Below, one piece after another: positions 21,108 to 33,546 of a stretch of DNA of 64,000 nucleotides. A model generated the notes under the pieces. It made no database searches. It was not told where the DNA came from and worked only from the letters and a program-made list of their open reading frames with translations. The stretch lies in contig OY970166.1 of the NCBI GenBank assembly GCA_963706595.1, positions 2,400,001-2,464,000 on the forward strand, written 5' to 3'. The DNA is from an uncultured cyanobacterium. GTDB lineage: Bacteria > Cyanobacteriota > Cyanobacteriia > Cyanobacteriales > Nostocaceae. Numbering within the stretch: the stretch's first letter is position 1; the number at the start of each line of letters is the position of its first letter. The translations under genes were made by a program, and so were the position numbers.

Positions 21108-21617
21108 TCAAGTGTGGTTCCCGCTTACTACACCAGCGCAATTTCCGTACTTTCTCCTCTCTGGATAACAATTCAGGTGGTCTATTCCTTCTTCTAGGCT
21201 AGGGGGAGCATCCCGGAGTTGACGATACATTCGCAAGATAATTTCTTGAGGAACTTGGCGCTGACGCTGTTGATTGCGAGCTAAACACAGCCAAACAGGC
21301 GTTCTCACCCATAACCCTGTAATGTCTGTAAAACCGACCTCACGGGCTAAGGCGATCATTTCACGGCGCTGGCTTCTTTGGGCGTTGGTAGCATCAAAAA
21401 TTGTGGTTTGGTCTGCCGCTACTGCTTGTCGAAATTGCCTTTCTATTTCTCGCCAAATCAGTGGCCAAGGTCCCTGAGTTGCTTCCGAACCAAAAAGCTG
21501 CCCCCGAATGGCATCTGTGGAAATTAGCTGCATCTGGGGGCATTCTGAGACTAATTGTTGCGCCAAAGTTGATTTACCGCTACCAGGAAGACCAATTAGT
21601 AACTGAAGTTTAGTCAT
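21108..21617 (-). CDS. P-loop kinase (AAA_33-like)
   Basis: GLPGSGKST, FDATN, RNQQRQRQVP. Confidence 0.85.
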   Translation of the reverse strand: MTKLQLLIGLPGSGKSTLAQQLVSECPQMQLISTDAIRGQLFGSEATQGPWPLIWREIERQFRQAVAADQTTIFDATNAQRSQRREMIALAREVGFTDITGLWVRTPVWLCLARNQQRQRQVPQEIILRMYRQLRDAPPSLEEGIDHLNCYPERRKYGNCAGVVSGNHT

Positions 21618-21647
21618 CTGCCATCTGTCAGTTTTTAATGATTATTA

Positions 21648-21694
21648 ACCAATGACCAATGACCAATGACCAATGATCAATGACCAATGACTAA
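21648..21694. repeat. STRR2-type heptamer array (ACCAATG)
   Basis: About 6 tandem units immediately after the glgC stop. Confidence 0.9.
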
Positions 21695-22980
21695 ATTATA
21701 GTTCCGTCAGCAATTACCGCATTTTTCAGCACCACAACAATACCACTGCGGATGTAGAAGCCTTGACTTTCCCGTTCTGCTTCTTGGACGTTATCTTTAT
21801 TGATAATTTTCACATCATGACCGATGCAGGCATTCTTATCAATAATGGCACGGCGAATAATCGTATCCGTACCAATACCTACGGGAATGTCACCTTTTTC
21901 TAAGTTACATTGACGCTCCACAAATGGTTGATAAAAATCTGCCCCCATGAGTAGAGATTCTTCAATCACACAGCCAGCTTCAATGCGCGATCGCACTCCC
22001 AAAACCGAATGCTGAATCCGGCAATCTTTCAAAATACAACCTTCGCCAATCATCGATTCTGTGACGTGACAACTTAAAAGTTTACTCGGTGGTAAATAAC
22101 GCGCACGAGTATAAATTGGGGCTTTTTCATCGTAGAAACTAAAAGGAGGTAAAGGTTGTTTAGTTAAAGCTAAATTGGCATGATAAAAAGCTTCAATTGT
22201 CCCGATGTCTTCCCAGTAATCATCAAATAAGTAAGCTTGGACATTGTAATCCTTGCTTGCATCAGGAATAATTTCTTTACCAAAATCGGTACTTTCTAAA
22301 GACTCTTTCAACAATTTAATCAAAACATCTTTTTTAAAGACATAAATCCCCATCGAAGCGATGTAGGGCTGTAACTTCGCTTGTTCTGGCGATAATCCCA
22401 GCACACTAGTATCAACCTGCATCCGATCTAATTCATCGCCCTTGGGCTTTTCGCTAAAGTCAATCACCCTCCCAGACTGGTCTATTTTCATTAAACCAAA
22501 GTCCGAAGCCCGACTTTTATCGATGGGAATTACCGAAAGCGTAATATCAGCCCCTGTTTCCCGATGGCGCTGGATAAACTCGCGGTAATCCATGCGGTAT
22601 AAATGGTCTCCGGAGAGAATCAAATACTCATCCGCATCCCATTCGTTTAACAGCCAGAGGTACTGACGCACAGCATCAGCCGTACCTTGGAACCAATTGG
22701 GGTTTTCTGGCGTTTGCTGTGCCGCGAGAACTTCCACAAATCCCTCATTGAATCCGGTAAAATTATAGGTACGGGCGATATGGCGATTCAGGGACGCTGA
22801 GTTAAATTGTGTCAGGACATAGATTTTGAATATCTCTGAATTGATACAATTACTGACAGGAATATCTATCAAACGGTACTTACCAGCCACTGGTACAGCT
22901 GGTTTAGCACGCATTTTTGTAAGCGGATACAGACGAGTACCCGCGCCACCACCGAGAATGATTGCTAATACTTTTTTCAC
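21691..22980 (-). CDS. glgC: Glucose-1-phosphate adenylyltransferase
   Basis: [37 protein letters not shown]. Confidence 0.99.
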   Translation of the reverse strand: MKKVLAIILGGGAGTRLYPLTKMRAKPAVPVAGKYRLIDIPVSNCINSEIFKIYVLTQFNSASLNRHIARTYNFTGFNEGFVEVLAAQQTPENPNWFQGTADAVRQYLWLLNEWDADEYLILSGDHLYRMDYREFIQRHRETGADITLSVIPIDKSRASDFGLMKIDQSGRVIDFSEKPKGDELDRMQVDTSVLGLSPEQAKLQPYIASMGIYVFKKDVLIKLLKESLESTDFGKEIIPDASKDYNVQAYLFDDYWEDIGTIEAFYHANLALTKQPLPPFSFYDEKAPIYTRARYLPPSKLLSCHVTESMIGEGCILKDCRIQHSVLGVRSRIEAGCVIEESLLMGADFYQPFVERQCNLEKGDIPVGIGTDTIIRRAIIDKNACIGHDVKIINKDNVQEAERESQGFYIRSGIVVVLKNAVIADGTII

Positions 22981-23565
22981 AAGATTTCTCCCAACTGCCT
23001 TTCAACTCTCACCTTCAGTTTAGGACTGTCTGAGACCACTGGTAAGGGGGGATCAGATATTAATAATTAGCCAAATTGACAGAATGCTCTTAGTAATGGA
23101 TGAATCCCTGTGATAAATGTAGCAAATTTAACTTTATAATCACTAGTTTTGACGCTAATGCGATGATTCATTACATACTCAAAACTGTTTAGACCAGGGT
23201 TGCTGACTATTTCTTGCGTCAAACTAGCTATAAGTAATTTTGGATACATTTAACAGATACGTCACTCAGGGTTAGACGTTGTTCAAATTCTGAAAGTACC
23301 CAGATTATTTGGCTGATTAACCAAACGCAATTTTTGTGACAGCCTCAGATACTTTACCCAAGGTGGCTCCGATATAGCACTACGCATACGCGTTAGCACT
23401 TTTGTGGAATGCAGCATCCACACAGTCACGAAATGTTTCAAATTCATTATACAAGTTCTGCTAACTTGCCGAATCTGCCTGCTGGTTGGTAAATTGCTGG
23501 TATGGCTTAGTTTTAATAGTTTGAGGGCTTTGCATGACCAGCATTGCCTCAATCGAGCCTAAAAT

Positions 23566-23583
23566 ATCTATCTTTAGATAGAT
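23566..23583. promoter_or_regulatory. Palindromic putative regulator site
   Basis: ATCTATCT-TT-AGATAGAT in the divergent glgC/RTX intergenic region. Confidence 0.45.
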
Positions 23584-23956
23584 GTTATGCCGTTAAAATT
23601 TGTTTGATACTCTTTTTATACATGATTGTAATCGCAGCGTAGTAGCAACATATCTAAATCACCTGTTTACAGTAATTACTTGTATAATTAAAATTAACAG
23701 GATGGTGTTCGTATATGCCCGCAACGCAATTTTGTGATGTCGGATTTGCCATCTCAATGACCAAGCCTTATTCGTAACAAATAGGGCTTGTGTTTTTGCT
23801 TGTTATATTTTCTCAGTAGCAACTCTGAGAATTTAGGTAGCTTATTTTGCTAATACAATTTTTAGCAGGTGAAAAAATTCTATTGCTACCTTTATATATT
23901 GATGTTTACACAGCACTTAGTCAACACCGGATCAAATTAACAATTAACTAAAAAAT

Positions 23957-26900
23957 ATGCCAAGCAATAATACACTCAATACAGCTTTCAATATTGGCAC
24001 TCTGACTGGTACTCGGACTTTCAATGATTTTGTCGGTGTTGTAGATCCATTTGATTATTATCGATTTACTCTGGCAGATACGAGTGCAATTAGTTTGCGG
24101 TTGAATCAATTAACTCAAAGTGGTGTTTACAGTCGGATTATTTACGACAAAAATAATAATGGATTAATTGATAGTGGAGAAACTCTCTACAGTGGGATTG
24201 CTTCCACTTTTTCTAATAGTAATAATTTGAATATTAATGCTACTTTGGGTGCTGGTAATTACTTTATCGAAGTTAAACCGAATAGCGCTAATGTCAATTC
24301 TAACTATGCTTTAGAGCTAACTGCTACACTCAGTCCTGCTTCTATTCCTTCAGATCCGGGAAATACCCTAAATACCGCTTACAATATTGGCAATCTGACT
24401 GCTACTAAGATTTTCAATGAGTTTGTGGGTGTTGTAGATCCATTTGATTATTATCGATTTACTCTGGCAGATACGAGTGCAATTAGTTTGCGGTTGAATC
24501 AATTAACTCAAAGTGGTGTTTACAGTCGGATTATTTACGACAAAAATAATAATGGATTAATTGATAGTGGAGAAACTCTCTACAGTGGCATTGCTTCCAC
24601 TTTTTCTAATAGTAATAATTTGAATATTAATGCTACTTTGGGTGCTGGTAATTACTTTATCGAAGTTAAACCGAATAGCGCTAATGTCAATTCTAACTAT
24701 GCTTTAGAGCTAACTGCTACACTCAGTCCTGCTTCTATTCCTTCAGATCCGGGAAATACCCTAAATACCGCTTACAATATTGGTAATCTGACTGCTACTA
24801 AGATTTTCAATGAGTTTGTGGGTGTTGTAGATCCATTTGATTATTATCGATTTACTCTGGCAGATACGAGTGCAATTAGTTTGCGGTTGAATCAATTAAC
24901 TCAAAGTGGTGTTTACAGTCGGATTATTTACGACAAAAATAATAATGGATTAATTGATAGCGGAGAAACTCTCTACAGTGGCATTGCTTCCCGTTTTTCT
25001 AATAGTAATAATTTGAATATTAATGCTACTTTGGGTGCTGGTACTTACTTTATCGAAGTTCAACCGAATAGCGCTGATGTCAATTCTAGCTATGCTTTAG
25101 AGTTAACTGCTACACTCAGTCCTGCTTCTATTCCTTCAGATCCGGGAAATACCCTAAATACCGCCTACAATATTGGCAATCTGACTGGCACTAATATTTT
25201 CAATGAGTTTGTCGGTGTTGTAGATCCAGTTGATTATTATCGATTTACTCTGGCAGCTACAAGTGCAATTAGTTTGCGGTTGAATGGATTAACTCAAAGT
25301 GGTGTTTACAGTCGGATTATTTACGACAAAAATAATAATGGATTAATTGATAGCGGAGAAACTCTCTACAGTGGCACTGCTTCCACTTTTTCTAATAGTA
25401 ATAATTTGAATATTAATGCTACTTTGGGCGCTGGTAATTACTTTATCGAAGTTAAACCGAATAGCGCTAATGTCAATTCTAACTATGCTTTAGAGCTAAC
25501 CGCTACACCCAGTCCTGCTTCTATTCCTTCAGATCCGGGAAATACCCTAAATACCGCCTACAATATTGGCAATCTGACTGGCACTAATATTTTCAATGAG
25601 TTTGTCGGTGTTGTAGATCCAGTTGATTATTATCGATTTACTCTGGCAGCTACAAGTGCAATTAGTTTGCGGTTGAATGGATTAACTCAAAGTGGTGTTT
25701 ACAGTCGGATTATTTACGACAAAAATAATAATGGATTAATTGATAGCGGAGAAACTCTCTACAGTGGCACTGCTTCCACTTTTTCTAATAGTAATAATTT
25801 GAATATTAATGCTACTTTGGGCGCTGGTAATTACTTTATCGAAGTTAAACCGAATAGCGCTAATGTCAATTCTAACTATGCTTTAGAGCTAACCGCTACA
25901 CCCAGTCCTGCTTCTATTCCTTCAGATCCGGGAAATACCCTAAATACCGCCTACAATATTGGCAATCTGACTGGCACTAATATTTTCAATGAGTTTGTCG
26001 GTGTTGTAGATCCAGTTGATTATTATCGATTTACTCTGGCAGCTACAAGTGCAATTAGTTTGCGGTTGAATGGATTAACTCAAAGTGGTGTTTACAGTCG
26101 GATTATTTACGACCAAAATAACAATGGATTAATTGATAGCGGAGAAACTCTCTACAGTGGCACTGCTTCCCGTTTTTCTAATAGTAATAATTTGAATATT
26201 AATGCTACTTTGGGCGCTGGTAATTACTTTATCGAAGTTAAACCGAATAGCGCTAATGTCAATTCTAGCTATGCTTTACAGCTAACTGCTCCAGATAACA
26301 ACCTAGATAACGTTGTCACAGGGACAGCAAATAACGAAAACTTCACCACCACATCTCAAAAAGATATCATAGACGCTCAAGGTGGAAACGACACCATCAC
26401 CAGCACCTTTGCCAATTTACAACAAAACGATACTTTGAACGGTGGTACAGGAATTGATACTTTGATTATTACCGGAGGAAGTAGTGCCAATGCCATTACT
26501 ATTAATACCAATAATACTAATCAATTTAATATTCCTGGTACAACCATCATCGGATTTGAACGCTTTGATTTAAGTGGATTTAGTGGTAAAGTCAGCTTTT
26601 TCGGTAATAGCGGTAATGATTGGATTAAAGCAGGTGCTGGAAATGACATCCTCAATGGTAAAGCAGGTGCAGATACCATGATTGGTGGTGCGGGTAATGA
26701 TTTCTACTATGTTGATCATGTGGGAGATACCATTATCGAAAATGTTGGTGAAGGAACTGATACGGTTTTCAGCACTATTAGTTACACATTAGGAAATCAC
26801 TTAGAAAACTTGACGTTACAAGGCACATCTGCCATTAACGGTACTGGTAACAACCTGAATAATCACATCAAAGGAAACGCAGACTGCTAATATTCTGACA

Positions 26901-29328
26901 GGTGGTGCGGGAAATGACATCCTTGATGGTAAAGCAGGTGCAGATACCATGATTGGTGGTACTGGTAATGATTCCTACTATGTTGATCATGTGGGAGATA
27001 TCATTATCGAAAATTCTGCTCAAGGAACTGATACGGTTTTCAGCACTATTAGTTACACATTAGGAAATCACCTAGAAAACTTGACTTTACAAGGCACATC
27101 TGCCATTAACGGTACTGGTAACACTTTAAATAATCGCATCAGAGGAAACAGTGGTAATAATGTCCTCAATGGTAAAGCAGGTGCAGATACCATGATTGGT
27201 GGTGCGGGTAATGATTTCTACTATGTTGATCATGTAGGAGATACCATTATCGAAAATTCTGGTCAAGGAACTGATACGGTTTTCAGCACTATTAGTTACA
27301 CATTAGGAAATCACTTAGAAAACTTGACGTTACAAGGCACATCTGCCATTAACGGTACTGGTAACAACCTGAATAATCACATCAAAGGAAACGCAGACTG
27401 CTAATATTCTCAGGGGTGGTGCGGGAAATGACATCCTTGATGGTAAAGCAGGTGCAGATACCATGATTGGTGGTACTGGTAATGATTCCTACTATGTTGA
27501 TCATGTGGGAGATATCATTATCGAAAATTCTGGTCAAGGAACTGATACTGTTTTCAGCACTATTAGTTACCAATTAGGCAATCACTTAGAAAACCTGACG
27601 TTACAAGGCACATCTGCTATCAACGGTACTGGTAACACTTTAAATAATCGCATCAGAGGAAACAGTGGTAATAATGTCCTCAATGGTAAAGCAGGTGCAG
27701 ATACCATGATTGGTGGTGCGGGTAATGATTTCTACTATGTTGATCATGTAGGAGATACCATTATCGAAAATTCTGGTCAAGGAACTGATACGGTTTTCAG
27801 CACTATTAGTTACACATTAGGAAATCACCTAGAAAACTTGACTTTACAAGGCACATCTGCTATCAACGGTACTGGTAATAGTTTAAATAATCGCATCAGA
27901 GGAAACAGTGGTAATAATGTCCTCAGAGGTGGTGCAGGAAATGACATCCTTGATGGTAAAGCAGGTGCAGATACCATGATTGGTGGTACTGGTAATGATT
28001 CCTACTATGTTGATCATGTGGGAGATATCATCACAGAAAATTCTGGTCAAGGAACTGATACTGTTTTCAGCACTATTAGTTACACATTAGGAAATAACTT
28101 AGAAAACCTGACGTTACAAGGCACATCTGCTATCAACGGTACTGGTAATAGTTTAAATAATCGCATCAGAGGAAACAGTGGTAATAATGTCCTCAATGGT
28201 AAAGCAGGTGCAGATAGAATGATTGGTGGTGCGGGTAATGATTTCTACTATGTTGATAATTTGGGAGATACCATTATCGAAAATGTTGGTGAAGGAACTG
28301 ATACTGTTTTCAGTACCATCACTTATACATTAGGAAATAACTTAGAAAACCTGACGTTACAAGGCACATCTGCTATCAACGGTACTGGTAATAGTTTAAA
28401 TAATCGCATCAGAGGAAACAGTGGTAATAATGTCCTCAGAGGTGGTGCAGGAAATGACATCCTTGATGGTAAAGCAGGTGCAGATACCATGATTGGTGGT
28501 ACTGGTAATGATTCCTACTATGTTGATCATGTGGGAGATATCATCACAGAAAATTCTGGTCAAGGAACTGATACTGTTTTCAGCACTATTAGTTACACAT
28601 TAGGAAATAACTTAGAAAACCTGACGTTACAAGGCACATCTGCTATCAACGGTACTGGTAATACTTTAAATAATCGCATCAGAGGAAACAGTGGTAATAA
28701 TGTCCTCAATGGTAAAGCAGGTGCAGATAGAATGATTGGTGGTGCGGGTAATGATTTCTACTATGTTGATCATGTGGGAGATACCATTGTCGAAAATGTT
28801 GGTCAAGGAACTGATACGGTTTTCAGCACTATTAGTTACACATTAGGAAATAACCTAGAAAACTTGACGTTACAAGGCACATCTGCCATTAACGGTACTG
28901 GTAACAACCTGAATAATCACATTAAAGGAAACGCATCTGCTAATATTCTCAGAGGTGGTGCAGGAAATGACATCCTTGATAGTAAAGCAGGTGCAGATAC
29001 CCTAATTGGTGGTACTGGTAATGATAAACTCTATCTAGGTGCTAACGATGGTGTTGTGGATATCGTTCACTATGCCTTTGGTAATGGTGCAGATACTGTT
29101 TATCAGTTTGTGCGTGGTGGAGGTGGTGATCAAATCCAATTTACAGGCATTACAAATATTGATGTGGTGACATCAGGTACTAATACTTTACTGCGTTTGG
29201 GTGATGGTACGACTGGTAACGCTGGTTTCGGTACAGGTGAGTTATTAGTTACTTTATCGGGTACATCTGGCTTTAGTGGTACTGATATAAATGTCAACCT
29301 GTTTGGTGCTAATTTTTTGTTCAGTTAA
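23957..29328 (+). CDS. Large RTX (Ca-binding, T1SS-type) protein with six PPC-like domains; split by +1 insertions near 26883 and 27397
   Basis: Three ORFs join into 1789 aa if one base is removed at each GCAGACTGCTAA (compare intact GCATCTGCTAAT at ~28933); GGXGXD nonapeptides; no Sec signal peptide. Confidence 0.88.
23968..26290 (+). repeat. Six near-identical intragenic 393-bp (131-aa) tandem repeats
   Basis: AAATACCCTAAATACCGC recurs at 24361, 24754 and onward with a 393-nt period. Confidence 0.95.
26630..29020 (+). repeat. Tandem ~243/270-bp RTX repeat units
   Basis: KAGADTMIGG.GND.YYVD...GTDTVFSTISYTLGN.LENLTLQGTSAINGTGN repeated nine times. Confidence 0.92.
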
Positions 29329-29494
29329 AGTAATTTACGGAGGTTGGGAAACCATCGCCTGGGACGGGTTTCCCAACTTGTGGCAAACCTCTGTTGACGC
29401 AAGGAAACCTAACTTCTGATTGTATATCATCAGTGAGAGATGTAAATTAGCAAATATTTGCCACAATCACTGCTTAAGGGATAAAAATTAATTC

Positions 29495-30941
29495 ATGCAA
29501 ATCCAAACACCAGACTGGGTTAAACACGCTGTTTTCTACCAAATCTTCCCAGACCGCTTTGCCAGAAGCAAACAGCCTCACAAACAACTGTTACATGATG
29601 CGCGTTGGGAAGATTGGGACGCTACGCCCACACTCCAAGGTTACAAAGGCGGCGATTTATGGGGAATTATTGAGGAATTAGACTATATTCAGGGTTTAGG
29701 GATTAACGCTATTTACTTTACTCCCATTTTTCAATCGGCGAGTAATCACCGCTATCACACTCACGATTATTATCAGGTTGATCCGTTGTTGGGGGGTAAT
29801 GAGGCTTTTCGGGAATTCCTCGACGCAGCCCATGAACGGGATATCAAAGTTGTGCTGGATGGGGTGTTTAACCACGCCAGTCGAGGGATTTTCTTTTTTC
29901 ACGATGTGTTAGAAAATGGACCTCGTTCGCCTTGGGTGGACTGGTTCAAAATTACAGGTTGGCCGCTTGCGCCTTACACTGGGGAATTACCCGCAAATTA
30001 TGAAGGTTGGGCAGGAAATCGGGCTTTGCCAGTATTTAACCATGATAATCCCGAAGTGCGGGAATACATCATGGAAATTGGCGAATATTGGCTGAAATTC
30101 GGCATTGATGGTTGGCGGTTAGATGTACCATTTGAAGTCAAAACACCGGGCTTTTGGCAGGAATTTCGCGATCGCATCAAAGCCATTAACCCCGAAGCTT
30201 ATATAGTGGGGGAAGTTTGGGGAGATTCCCGTGAGTGGCTAGATGGTACGCAATTTGACGGCGTGATGAATTACTTATTTGCCGGGTTAACCATTGCCTT
30301 TACCGCAGGCGATCGCGTAGTCTTAGAACAAGTGCAAACCCGTGACTATCAACCCTACCCACCATTATTTGCGGCTGAATACGCGGTTAAAATCCAGGAA
30401 TTACTCGCACTTTACCCTTGGGAAATTCAATTAACGCAACTCAACTTACTCGCAAGTCACGACACAGACTCGATTAATTACCATTGCTGACGGCGATCAA
30501 CCTAGTGTAGAATTAGCAACTTTACTGTTACTCACCTTTCCCGGTGCGCCCAGTATCTACTATGGTGACGAAGTTGGTTTACCAGGGGCGATAGATCCCG
30601 ACTCCCGGCGTGGCTTTCCCACAGAAGCTAATTGGAATCAAGAAATCCTCAACATTCACCGCCAATTAATAGCTCTTCGCCACCAATACCCAGCTTTACG
30701 CGCAGGTGATTACAAAACTCTGTTCGCCCAGGGAGCATTGTATATTTTTACCCGAACGTTAGAAACTGATGAATTAATTATTGCCGTTAACGCTGGTACA
30801 GGAAAGACAACAGCAAATATAGACACAGCAGGTTTGCTGACTAAATCCCACAAGCTATTATATGGGACTGCGGAATTTGAGTGGCATGGTACGCAGCTTT
30901 CCTTAACTCTTCCCCCACGCACTGGTTGTATTCTCGGTTAG
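29495..30941 (+). CDS. GH13 neopullulanase/cyclomaltodextrinase-like alpha-amylase, +1 frameshift at ~30468
   Basis: YQIFPDRF, LDGVFNH, DGWRLDV, GEVW; removing one A restores SHDTARL...PGAPSIYYGDE, continuing to the stop at 30941. Confidence 0.92.
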
Positions 30942-30945
30942 ATTT

Positions 30946-31365
30946 CTATCCTGTTGTAACCATTGCTGGCATTAATACCTGATCAATCGCATGAATTACG
31001 CCATTCTCGGCAATTATATCCGTTACGAGGACATGAGCATCATTCACCTTAATCACACCTTGATCAGAATCAATCGCCACGACTGATCCTTCCAGAGTTG
31101 GTGCTTCTGAAATCTGCTGCAAATCTTCAAACCTGACATCCCCAAAAGCGACATGATACATTAATATCTTTTGCAGCTTGGGGATGTCTTGCTGTAGTGA
31201 AGCTAAAATATTCTTTGGTAGTAGGGCAAAAGCATCGTCAGTCGGTGCAAAAAGTGTGAGAGAACCCGAACTTTTCAGAGTTTCGATGATTTCTGCGATC
31301 GTAGCAGCCTGAAGTAGAGTCTTAAAATTTCCGGCGTTAATAGCAGTTTCTACAATATCAGCCAT
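30946..31365 (-). CDS. Fasciclin domain protein
   Basis: TLFAPTDDAF, ILMYHV, NGVIHAIDQVL. Confidence 0.93.
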   Translation of the reverse strand: MADIVETAINAGNFKTLLQAATIAEIIETLKSSGSLTLFAPTDDAFALLPKNILASLQQDIPKLQKILMYHVAFGDVRFEDLQQISEAPTLEGSVVAIDSDQGVIKVNDAHVLVTDIIAENGVIHAIDQVLMPAMVTTG

Positions 31366-31506
31366 AAATTTGAGTTGATTTCTTAAATTTCCCTACACAA
31401 CACACTTATAAAGTCAAAAAAAACTGTTAGCCTCTATCAAGAGAGACAAAAATACCAAGCCATAAACTCTCAGTACTGCTAAACTGGGGAATGACCTCAT
31501 GAACCA

Positions 31507-31752
31507 GTGACTATGCTAAAGCGTTCTAAGTTCGAGACGACTCAATCTCAAATCATGTACCGGGCTGAGGATTTGATTAGTGCAGCTTCAAATCGCTACC
31601 GCATTACCGTTCAAGTGGCTAACCGCGCCAAGCGTCGGCGTTATGAAGACTTTGATAATCCATCAGAAGATGTGATGATGAAGCCAGTGTTGAGGGCAAT
31701 TATCGAAATGTCCGATGAACTGACTCAACCCGAAATTATTGGCGAACTATAA
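31507..31752 (+). CDS. rpoZ: RNA polymerase omega subunit
   Basis: [32 protein letters not shown]. Confidence 0.93.
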   Translation: MTMLKRSKFETTQSQIMYRAEDLISAASNRYRITVQVANRAKRRRYEDFDNPSEDVMMKPVLRAIIEMSDELTQPEIIGEL

Positions 31753-31774
31753 TCAGACTTCTGCACAGGTGACG

Positions 31775-32374
31775 ATGAGCAAAAATTTATCGTTCATTCA
31801 ACCCCTACTCAAACCTTGGCAAACACTCACTGCTTGTATGGTGGTGGGTGTAGTTGTGTTGAGTTCAGGGGGAGATAAATTAATAACAACAAACTTATTT
31901 GGCATTCCCCCGGCGTTAGCGCAAAGAATTAGCCCTGGAGACGTTTGGCAGCAAGTATATCAGCAAATACCAGACCTGCCAAAAGAAAATCAGTATAACA
32001 GTAAGAATACTGGGCAAATTGCCGAAAATAATACTTTAGCTAGTCGCCTAATTACTTATCACATTTATCGAAAAGGACGCGCCCCCAACTATCGCCTAGA
32101 TTGGAAGCTAACTTTGGCTGATTATTTAGACGCGAATGAAATTATGTATCATCAATCCTATCCTGGTAATGATACATTAAGGCAGAATCCGTTAGAAGGC
32201 GATCGCGCTGCCATAGCCAAACTTAACCGCCAGCAGAGAAACGCCCTCGTGCAAGTTTTAGCCGATATCTTCAACCCCAAACCTGAGAACACCCAAACAC
32301 CCAGGCGCGAAACAACACCCACACCCAGCAAACCCCAGTTACCCCAAACAGGCGGCGCTGAACTACTCAAATAA
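31775..32374 (+). CDS. Conserved cyanobacterial hypothetical exported protein
   Basis: Hydrophobic N-terminus; VYQQIPDLPKENQY, RLDWKLTLADYL; start uncertain. Confidence 0.75.
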   Translation: MSKNLSFIQPLLKPWQTLTACMVVGVVVLSSGGDKLITTNLFGIPPALAQRISPGDVWQQVYQQIPDLPKENQYNSKNTGQIAENNTLASRLITYHIYRKGRAPNYRLDWKLTLADYLDANEIMYHQSYPGNDTLRQNPLEGDRAAIAKLNRQQRNALVQVLADIFNPKPENTQTPRRETTPTPSKPQLPQTGGAELLK

Positions 32375-32436
32375 AACACCTCTCTGCGCCCCTTTGCGCT
32401 AACCTCCGCGCACCTTTGCGTTTCAAAACCCGACTC

Positions 32437-32802
32437 ATGGAACAACTCATCAAAAGCGGACTAGGTTGGCGAATAGGCTGGAACCCCAACGCACCAGAAT
32501 TCAAAGGATTAATAGGAACAGAAGATTGGGCAATAGAATTAACAGAAGCCGAGTTAAATGATTTTTGCAGACTCCTTGCACAGTTAGCAGACACCATGAA
32601 ACAACTCGCAGCCGAATTAATGGCAGAAGAGAAAATTGCCTGTGAAGCCGAAAGCGACTTATTATGGCTAGAAGTAGAAGGCTATCCCCACGCCTACAGT
32701 TTGCGCTTGATTCTGAATACAGGAAGAGGCGTAGAAGGCAAATGGGAAGCCACCGCAGTACCAGAATTACTACAAGCATCTGGGATGCTGAAAGTTTTTT
32801 AA
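32437..32802 (+). CDS. DUF1818 family protein
   Basis: GWRIGW, LIG.EDWAIELT..E, GRGVEG.W. Confidence 0.8.
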   Translation: MEQLIKSGLGWRIGWNPNAPEFKGLIGTEDWAIELTEAELNDFCRLLAQLADTMKQLAAELMAEEKIACEAESDLLWLEVEGYPHAYSLRLILNTGRGVEGKWEATAVPELLQASGMLKVF

Positions 32803-32852
32803 ATTAACCCCTTGATTATTTTAAAGCTTTGCATTACAATGGTAATTCTGAC

Positions 32853-32926
32853 CGGGGCGTAGCGCAGCTTGGTAGCGCGCCACTTTGGGGTAGTGGAGGT
32901 CGTGGGTTCGAATCCCGCCGCTCCGA
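32853..32926 (+). tRNA. tRNA-Pro(GGG)
   Basis: Acceptor CGGGGCG/CGCTCCG, anticodon arm CCACT-TTGGGGT-AGTGG, T-loop GGTTCGAATCC; no encoded CCA. Confidence 0.97.
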
Positions 32927-33089
32927 TAGACAAAAGACCCTGCCTGCTAGTCTTTAAATCAAAGATTAGCGGGCTTTTCAATTTTTAAAATTATCTGATG
33001 CCCTAATTCACATTTTTGACATACGTTCCAATACTAAATTAGATATCTTGGGAAATATTTTCCAATCATAAGCATAAGCACGATCATCT

Positions 33090-33270
33090 CCAATCTGACA
33101 CACCCTACAAAATCCTTAAATCCTGTAAATCCTGATGCAGACAAAAAATCATCAGCCGGTGCGTCAGATGTTGAAAATCTCTTCATGATTACCAAATCAT
33201 CGAATCTGACACACCCTACAAAATCTTTATCCTGTAAATCCTTAAATCCTGGATATCCTGATTCTGACAA
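33090..33270. repeat. Composite repeat (two AATCTGACACACCCTAC units plus AAATCCT(G) runs)
   Basis: Direct repeat about 110 nt apart; BIME/REP-like. Confidence 0.7.
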
Positions 33271-33328
33271 TGGCTAGTTTATAATTGAGCCAAGTGTAAC
33301 TTTTCCATTTACCAAGGAGGAATCAGTC

Positions 33329-33544
33329 ATGAAGGGATGGGAAACTTTAGATGCAATAGAAAGACAACCTGATAAAGTAAGTGGAGCATGGGTATTTCGA
33401 GGAACAAGAGTTCCGGTGACTGCATTATTTGAAAATTTGCGCGATGGTGCAACAGTAGATGAATTTTTGGAGTGGTTTCCACCTGTGCAAAGATCACAAA
33501 TTGAAGCTGTACTTAATTATGAGCTTGAAGCATTAGCTGCTTAG
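33329..33544 (+). CDS. DUF433 antitoxin-like protein
   Basis: PDKVSGAWVFRGTRVPV, GATVDEFLEWFP. Confidence 0.9.
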   Translation: MKGWETLDAIERQPDKVSGAWVFRGTRVPVTALFENLRDGATVDEFLEWFPPVQRSQIEAVLNYELEALAA

Positions 33545-33546
33545 AT

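Noticed and set aside
23067..23552. ORFs 23067-23249 and 23283-23552 (also 40728-40946)
   Set aside because: No recognisable motifs or RBS; likely spurious intergenic ORFs.
26870..27410. Programmed ribosomal frameshifting in the RTX gene
   Set aside because: No slippery heptamer or homopolymer at the shift sites, and the same lesion type occurs in unrelated genes.
23968..29020. Long regular repeats considered as a CRISPR array or a DGR template/variable pair
   Set aside because: The units are 243-393 bp in-frame coding repeats without unique spacers; there is no cas or reverse transcriptase gene and no adenine-specific variation.
33034..33270. 78-aa ORF beside tRNA-Pro, and the repeat there as a mini CRISPR
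   Set aside because: The ORF is a translation of repeat DNA; only two units are present, with REP-like structure.
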